Source of the DNA: Zygophlyctis sp. KS116
Lineage: Eukaryota; Fungi; Chytridiomycota
Assembly (NCBI GenBank): GCA_054661495.1
Contig: BAAFSQ010000395.1
Coordinates: forward strand, 1-7,891
DNA length: 7,891 bases
Direction: 5' to 3'
A program made the translations under genes and the position numbers. Of the stretch, positions 1-6,597 are shown piece after piece (position 1 is the stretch's first letter; every line of letters starts with the position of its first letter). Below the pieces are notes generated by a model, which was given only the letters and a program-made list of their open reading frames with translations, did no database searches and was not told the origin of the DNA.

Positions 1-450
1 ACCATTTAGCTTTTCCAGTTGATTATAAGATATCCATAACTCTTCCAGCGTATCAGCAACAGCATCCAATCCTTCAATCTTTTTGATATTATTTCTTCCA
101 AGCGACAAAATCTTTAGATTTGCTAGATTTAATTATATGCAGGCTTACACAATCCTTGAAGATTACTGATTTTTTCAATTAAATTAGTGCCAAGTGAAAG
201 ATGCCTATAATTTAGGAATTGGCGCATAAACTTACTCGCACTTGGTAAGAGTACCAAGAGCTGCATCCATTTTTGTGAGAAATGGCTGCATCATCATAAG
301 CTTAATTACTGTAGCTTCCGTCGCTGGAGTTCCTCCATTTTTATCTTCCTGTATTGATTATATCTTTACGCGTACCCATATCTTTAATGCTTCCTTGATA
401 GTCAGGCCTTTGGACTAATGGTTAGCCAGCATGATGATGAATCTTACCAT
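1..450 (-). CDS. DNAL1: Axonemal outer-arm dynein light chain 1 (LC1, leucine-rich repeat); 3' part lies beyond the left edge
   Basis: Exons 448-450 (ATG only), 376-414, 236-348, 149-204, 1-122; GT-AG introns 415-447 (33 nt), 349-375 (27), 205-235 (31), 123-148 (26). Spliced translation: [111 protein letters not shown]. It matches the LC1/DNAL1 hallmarks [20 protein letters not shown] and [10 protein letters not shown]. Absent from the ORF track. Confidence 0.96.
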
Positions 451-541
451 TTCAGAAAATCACGACTGTTATGAAATCGGGAGTTTAAAACGCCAAGTTG
501 ACGGCATTGCTCACTATAATTCAGCAGGTGAGATGAATGCA

Positions 542-1153
542 TCATTTGAATGCTTTTTGTTTATTGTTCAGGAATAATTGCCAAGAATTAAATAAATTAC
601 TATCAGGAAATCCTAATTTCATAATTTTGCCATTAACTTGCTGAATCGTTAAAGTATAAGGATGAGCTTTATAATTCCTATCAACTCCAAAGACCGAATG
701 CTTTAATGATATAGGATTTGTTTTGGAATTTTCGTGAAATAGTAATTGATCTCTAAACCATTCCAATCTGACTATTCTCCAAGAGGTTTCTCCCCCGGTA
801 TCAGCAATCTTTGATAGCTTTTTAAACAATCCTGTATGAACACCATAGCCAGCTTCCCATATTTCCTTCAAATGTACTTCAATTGGTTCAATATCAGACT
901 GAGTCTGTTCTTCAGAGAGAGTAAACAATGCATCATCCAAAGATGGGTACAGTGAGGGTATTTGAGGACTAGTAGCAAAAGTAGGCTGGGCACTTTTTCT
1001 CCTATCTTTTTGAAGGAATATAGAGGATAATGACTGTGAAACTTGGGCAGATATACTTCTTGTCCGATTTGATGATCTTGGATCTCCAAGTCTTGATAAA
1101 TCATTTGATGGCCCGCTGTAAGGTGGAGGAACATCCCCATTGTCGTCATTCAT
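542..1153 (-). CDS. Intronless 203-aa protein: disordered N-terminus with PPPY and LYPSL motifs, C-terminal PH-like domain
   Basis: The long ORF begins at a TTG at 1165 in the track; the first ATG is at 1153. The C-terminal ~100 aa has a PH pattern: GLFKKL..SWRIVRLEWFRDQLLFHE strands, HPYTLTI, MKLGF, and a terminal helix with the conserved Trp (FNSWQLFL). The PH call is by pattern recognition only. Confidence 0.75.
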   Translation of the reverse strand: MNDDNGDVPPPYSGPSNDLSRLGDPRSSNRTRSISAQVSQSLSSIFLQKDRRKSAQPTFATSPQIPSLYPSLDDALFTLSEEQTQSDIEPIEVHLKEIWEAGYGVHTGLFKKLSKIADTGGETSWRIVRLEWFRDQLLFHENSKTNPISLKHSVFGVDRNYKAHPYTLTIQQVNGKIMKLGFPDSNLFNSWQLFLNNKQKAFK

Positions 1154-1516
1154 TACCAATTTCAAATGATGTCACAATTTTGACTAAGACAACTAATTAA
1201 AAATTATATATTCTATTCGAATGCATCTTTTACTATACAAAAATCAAAAATTGATCTACATTTACGACTTATACAGTTCGATACAATCATTAGAATGTTC
1301 GAACATGTCCGAAGTGCTTCAAAGTGGTGCATCAAAATCCATCATTCGTGTCTTTACCAGAATCAAGTGATCCCAAACTACTTCTTAAGAATTTTAAACG
1401 AAACGGTCTTGAAAGAATCAAGAAAATGTATATGCCATACGATACAGTCAAATGACGTCTTTCGGTAGTTTTAATGAGTGATGTCAGCCAGTTTCAGTTA
1501 ATAAGGAATCCAGAAG

Positions 1517-2173
1517 ATGAGATCAAAGACTGCTGTAAATCCCCAAAGAGCTTCAGCCGCAAACAAACCATTTATGACTGAATATCGTTTAGCTTATCGT
1601 GATCCAAACGCTTCCAAGAAAGGAAAGTATGGCACTGCATCTGCGTTAAAAGTATCAAAAGCTCCATCAAAAGCACCACAGCCTGCTAAAGAACCAGTAG
1701 CATCTAAACAGATTTTAGAAGAAGTATTTCATCATAGACCCATCTAACATTAGAAAGTTGTTGAAATCCCATCTACTTCATTGACACTTCCTGCCATGAT
1801 GAGTGGCACTGCCTTTGCAAATCTTAGTTTAGAAGCATATCGTCAGAGAAGACGAATGCTGGCAGCTGAAAAAAAGAAGAGTCTGCATCAAAGATATAAT
1901 GTTATCACTGGTATTATTGTGTTTTTTAAATCTAGGCGCAAATATAGAAGGCGAATCATCATCTGGTTTTAAAGAAGGACGCAGAGCAGTTATTCAGACA
2001 TGTCTACATTTTGATACAATTACCAATGTAATTATAATTATTTTTTGTATCTTACATACTAGGCCAGATCTCCAGGATATAATATTCTTACTGGCCATGA
2101 TGCACTATCTGGTAAAAGTCCAGAAGAGATTCAAAAAATATATGGCAATATAACCAGACCACAAGCTCATTAA
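1517..2173 (+). CDS. Hypothetical basic 188-aa protein in 4 exons, with repeated YN(V/I)(I/L)TG motif
   Basis: Exons 1517-1723, 1754-1910, 1936-2027, 2063-2173; introns 1724-1753 (30 nt, CTAAC branch), 1911-1935 (25), 2028-2062 (35). Splicing joins three track ORFs into one open frame ending ...ARSPGYNILTGHDALSGKSPEEIQKIYGNITRPQAH*. Confidence 0.8.
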
Positions 2174-2264
2174 GTCTTTTAGATAGATCCAAAAGAGAAT
2201 AAAATTTTTCTAGAGTTGGTTAAGAAAGATCTTGCTTAAAAACACTACCAAAAACACGACCTAC

Positions 2265-2936
2265 TTAGAGTACTCCAATGGAAGAAAATAAAAAGTCTGG
2301 CTTAATATCATGATTACAAATCGGTATTATTCCAGTGTCTATAATTTGCCTTGATAATGCAATCGCCACTAATAATTAAGACATGAAATTACAGGTTTTC
2401 GGTCGTGGTTCTAAACTTGCCAAATATCGATCATAATAACTACATTGTAAGTTTTCTAAATATGTACCCCTTTCCATGACCCAATCTAGCCTTTTTTATA
2501 TCAAAAACCAAACCAGGCATTATTATCAAATCCAATCCACCAAATTCAACTGGATCTTGAAACTCTTCTTCCCAAGAAGGCTCAGGAATACCCCAAGAGT
2601 TAACTGGAAGAGAACTATAATCCTGGAATGATTTTATAAATACCATTTGCATATCTGAATTTCTACATCTTGGCACAAAAACGTTTTTTCCTACAATTAG
2701 AAATAAACATTACCATTCTGAAACATATTTTGTATTAATCTTGTTGTATCGATCTCCCCTCCCATACTACAAAAAATGGAAATATTTTGACTATTTATGT
2801 AAACAGAATGATTAACGACTAGATCTGTAACGATTTCAGCTATTTTAAGAGTCATTATCTTACATTCTCTTTGTATAAAGCAAGGCTCAATTGATGCCAG
2901 CAGAGGCTTGTATTTTCGCCGAAGAAATTGCTTCAT
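2265..2936 (-). CDS. MTHFS: 5-formyltetrahydrofolate cyclo-ligase (methenyl-THF synthetase, MTHFS/FAU1 family), about 190 aa
   Basis: Exons 2864-2936, 2714-2839, 2468-2690, 2393-2439, 2265-2368; introns 2840-2863 (24 nt, inferred), 2691-2713 (23), 2440-2467 (28), 2369-2392 (24). Family motifs: KQFLR, EIDT, GKNVFVP, WGIPEP, LDLIIMPGLVFD, RLGHGKGYYDRYL and HD. Confidence 0.95.
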
Positions 2937-2997
2937 ATGATGTCCAAATGATACTCAGCTGATCGTGTTTAAAAAATAATGGAATACTAAGGACAAT

Positions 2998-3515
2998 ATA
3001 AGGGGCCAGATTTTTATCGTTCCTTCCTTCAAGGCTTCAAAATGATATCGTTCATTCCTTAATTGTAACAAGACCATATTAAGGTGTTATTTATTTTCTA
3101 TTTTCTAACTATTTTAGATACCGTATTTATATCCTATAAGCTTGAGTATTTGAGGAACATAACACATTCAAAAGTATAAGGAGTCATCGATTTTCGATAG
3201 TCGGTCAAAACAAGTTTTGCGCTACTGAAAAGTCGCTCTACAACATTTGATGTCGAATGAATGAATTCCAAATCAATCAAATGATGAGTCTCTACTGAGA
3301 GATCCCTTTTACGTTTTCTGTGCTTCACCTCCCTCACCTTCTGAGCCAGAGTCATGCCATCGGTATCTGCTACTGATGTGTTTCTTTCCTCTGTAGTAAA
3401 TTGTAACACAGTTCTTAACTCTCTTCCAGAAAATTCAGCAGTATTTCCATCAATATCTCATCACTTTCGTCCAAAAATGGCTTGAGTTCAAAGAATCTCC
3501 TCAACATAGTAGTAG
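2998..3515 (-). mobile_element. Degenerate, internally deleted hAT-superfamily DNA transposon remnant
   Basis: 3134-3409 encodes a hAT C-terminal dimerisation motif (STSNVVERLFSSAKLVLTDYRKSMTPYTFECVMFLK). A frameshifted upstream piece at 3415-3507 (MLRRFFELKPFLDESDEILME) resembles the segment following the hAT RW motif. Boundaries are approximate. Confidence 0.82.
3015..3060. repeat. 15-bp imperfect direct repeat TATCGTTC(C/A)TTCCTT, probable hAT subterminal repeat
   Basis: Copies at 3015-3029 and 3046-3060 are 14/15 identical and lie just downstream of the transposase remnant. Confidence 0.6.
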
Positions 3516-4053
3516 AGTTATTAAGATATTTGGTAAATGTGGTCAAAATTCAATGTTTGACAAAGTTTGGAGACATATAGTAAAGATTCAATAAAGTTAT
3601 CAACAAATGTGCTAATACTCGGTTTGACAGTGTTGATAGTTTTTTTAAATGCACGAGACAATCAGCAGCAAGAAAAACTGTAGTATTTTTGCCACAAGCT
3701 GCACAACCCAGGTGAGGTAATTCTTTCAGCTTCTTTCTGGCTTAAATATTGATCTTAATTTCTAAAATTGCTTCTTTATCTTCATTTTCTAAATCACTTT
3801 GCCATTCATACATGAAATCGTCTTGTGCATGGCCTGTGTCCGAACATTGTTCGTGTGAATTCACATTCTCCAATGCACCATCATAATCATTTTGAGCAGC
3901 AACTGTATCAAATTTTCAGCAGCTACGGCTTTATCTCTTGAATATAACTGGCTCGCTTAACTCACACATATTTTTATTACTCGAGGTAGTACAGAGAGTG
4001 TAGGAGAAAAACTTATAATGCACTCGAGTGCAAATCTAATAAAAAGGGTTGAA

Positions 4054-4094
4054 GAAAAAAAAAGAAAAAAAAAGAAAAAAAAAAGAAAAAAAAA
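4054..4094 (+). repeat. (G A9-10)x4 purine-only microsatellite abutting the IDO start codon
   Basis: G at 4054, 4064, 4074 and 4085, each followed by 9-10 A. The last A is the A of the ATG at 4094. Confidence 0.9.
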
Positions 4095-5554
4095 TGTTGA
4101 AAAGATGCTTCCATTTGCTTGCTAAAAATCATTCTGAAACGAATATTCCACCATTTACTGTCGGGGTGGAGAATGGATTTCTTCCAAGACAAGACCCACT
4201 AGTCTCTCTCCCAAAAGAGTTTCAGAAACTAGAACAACTTCTTCAACGCATGCCTGTTCGGACAAGGGACGGGAAGCCTGGATTGTTGCATTATGGCTCT
4301 TTTGGTGATGCAGTAAAGAGTGAATTGCCAATATATAATGTGGATTCCATTACCGATTATAGACTATTGACAGGTACATAACCGGTCAATTAACCCAAAG
4401 CTCTATTCCGAGATTATACGTTTGCTGCAAGTGCTTATATTCTTGAGCCTTGTAATGTGGTTGGTAGTGCTAAAGGAGAATATGCTCTAGGAAGAAGTAG
4501 ACTCCCGCCATGTATTAGTGTTCCTCTAGTAAAGGTATCTGAGAAAATAGGGGCAAAGCCATTTATGGAATATGCTCAGTCTTATGCTCTTTACAATTAT
4601 AAACGTATAGATGTAAATAAAGGCTTGGAATATGAAAATTTAGATCTGATTCGGACGTTTTCTGGGCTACCTTCAGAGTATGTAAATATATTTAAACTTG
4701 TAGATCTGGATTTATTCTTGTTCATGTTGCAATGGTTGCACATTCAGGAGATCAAGTAAAGCATATTGTAGGTTCTTTGAATGCAATCAAGGAAAATAAT
4801 CGTTCAGACTTTGTTCTAAATTTGAAAGGTTTGCTTAGCTCATTAAAGCGGATAAACAAGACAATGGATACTATGTGGACTCATTCTAGTCCAGATGACT
4901 ATCTAAAGTTTAGAACTTTTATAATGGGAACTAAGAATCAGGTAAGTTTAAAATGTTAAATGTTAGCCAATGTTTCCAAATGGGGTTGTTTACGAAGGAG
5001 TATCTGAAGAACCAACATTTTACAGAGGAGAAAGTGGTGCAAATGATTCTATTGTTCCTTCTGCCGATAATTTTTTGCAACTGACCGGTACCATGCCCAG
5101 CAATCCGTTAACAGAGATTCTTCGTGACTTTAGAACTTATCGTCCTTCACATCATAATGAATGGCTGACATGGCTTGAAAATGAAGCTAATGCTCTTAAA
5201 GTTAGGGATTACTGTTTCCAGGATAATTCTTCTCTAGTTTTGTACTTGGGATTGCTTGATCAAGTCCGGGAATTCAGAAACAGGCATTGGTCGTTTACAA
5301 AGGAATATATTATCAAATATACCCAGCATCCTGTGGCGACAGGCGGCTCGCCTATAATAACTTGGCTGCCTAATCAATTGGGAGCTGTACTTAGTGCAAT
5401 GACAGGGGTTGGTTCTAAGCTGAAATTGTCTGAGCTCAGTCAACAAGACAGAATTTATGCCCAGGAGTTATTAAAAAAGGCTGACGCACAAAATCGTGTA
5501 CTTAAGAGAGAAGTTATTGAACTTTCAAAGAGATTTAAGGGACAAGACGCATAG
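4094..5554 (+). CDS. Indoleamine 2,3-dioxygenase family heme protein, fungal IDO-gamma type, 460 aa
   Basis: Exons 4094-4373, 4401-4677, 4704-4941, 4967-5554; introns 4374-4400 (27 nt), 4678-4703 (26), 4942-4966 (25). Motifs: NGFLPRQDPL, ALFRDYTF, PFMEYAQSYALYNY, SESGFILVHVAM, FRTFIMG, FPNGVVYEG, RGESGANDS, FRTYRP, RNRHWSFTKEYI (proximal heme His) and ATGGSPI. Confidence 0.95.
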
Positions 5555-5594
5555 AGCCGGGAAAAATATCAAGAAATTACTATTAAAGAAAATT

Positions 5595-6344
5595 TTACTC
5601 CTTCACCTCTGAGTACTCCTTATAATGTATTACAGGTTCATCCTCTACTTTCTTACCAAAAGAGATTCCATGAATCATCATGAGAAGTGCGACTAATATC
5701 CCAAGGACCCATGCTATTATTGTAATGATCAATGATGCCCCATAATAAATGAAAAGTGGCATTGGTCCCATCATTCCTGGACCCGGTAGCATAACTCCTG
5801 GAGCCATAATGCCAGTTCTTAAGCTGTTGAATTCAACAATTCGTTTGAGATATATCATCAAAGACATTGCAACAATATAAAATATAACTGATCATCTTAG
5901 ATACAAAATTGCTTACCAGCCAATAATGTGATCGAACCTGCAATTACTCCTGCAGTTTTTGCAGTAGATTCCTTGAGACCAAGAGCTCCAAAATAAGCAC
6001 AAGCAATAATTGATAACAGTAGTCCAGTTATCATCAATCCTGCAGCGGCCCTTTTCATATTACAGAACACCCAAGAGTCTGGACCTCCCATGCACTCAAA
6101 TCCATCAAAATATCGACAATCAAAGGAACCATACAAGACTTGACAGAATTGAAAAAGTCCAATCTGAGTAGAATATCCATCATCAAGAAGAGTAAAGGGG
6201 TTATTCATCCCTGGGCTATAAGTTAGATTCCATAAGATCTTACGCAACAACGATCCAAGATGGTAGACCAATTGCAATGATTGCTAGTACAATGGAGAGA
6301 ACACATATCCCCAATGCACCAATACCAAGTGTTGACTTTGCCAT
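5595..6344 (-). CDS. Claudin/PMP22/SUR7-superfamily four-transmembrane protein, 230 aa
   Basis: Exons 6244-6344, 5917-6215, 5595-5887; introns 6216-6243 (28 nt, CTAAC) and 5888-5916 (29). Four hydrophobic segments; the first loop has W...GLFQFC-x8-C (claudin W-GLW-C-C-like signature); YGAS precedes TM4; short charged C-terminal tail. Confidence 0.85.
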
Positions 6345-6597
6345 TAAATTTGTATCAAGTGGCTAAAACAAATTTTACTGATTGAAAATTTTTCGTTTCA
6401 GATCAGCCAGCTTCGGACAGGTGCGCATCAAAGCATTTTGAAAGAATCAAAGAATGCCATAACTTACTATGACTACTGATTAAACATTTTATATTAGTTT
6501 ATCATTTATAACATGGCTCTGTAGCTAAAAGTTGGTGTAATGCAATTCTAATCTGTACTAAAAAGTGATATCATTTATACTGTCTAGAAATTGTGGC

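Noticed and set aside
451-541. RFX X-box upstream of the ciliary gene DNAL1
   Set aside because: Only a partial GTTGAC/GGCA resemblance; no complete GTNRCC-N0-3-RGYAAC match.
868-1149. 93-aa alternative-frame ORF
   Set aside because: Nested in another frame of the PH-like gene with no recognisable features; likely a shadow ORF.
1167-2945. TGATGTC motif near three start codons (about 1167, 1479, 2938)
   Set aside because: Seven-mer in inconsistent orientation that also occurs inside the hAT remnant; not distinguishable from background without genome-wide counts.
4049-4093. Poly-Lys N-terminal extension of IDO
   Set aside because: Begins at TTG and is merely the translation of the G(A)n repeat; the first ATG is at 4094.
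5234-5446. 70-aa antisense ORF
   Set aside because: Antisense to the conserved last exon of IDO.
1517-6344. Fragmented ORFs as evidence of an alternative genetic code, frameshifting or pseudogenes
   Set aside because: Breaks in the orphan, MTHFS, IDO and claudin-like genes are all explained by canonical GT-AG introns under the standard code.
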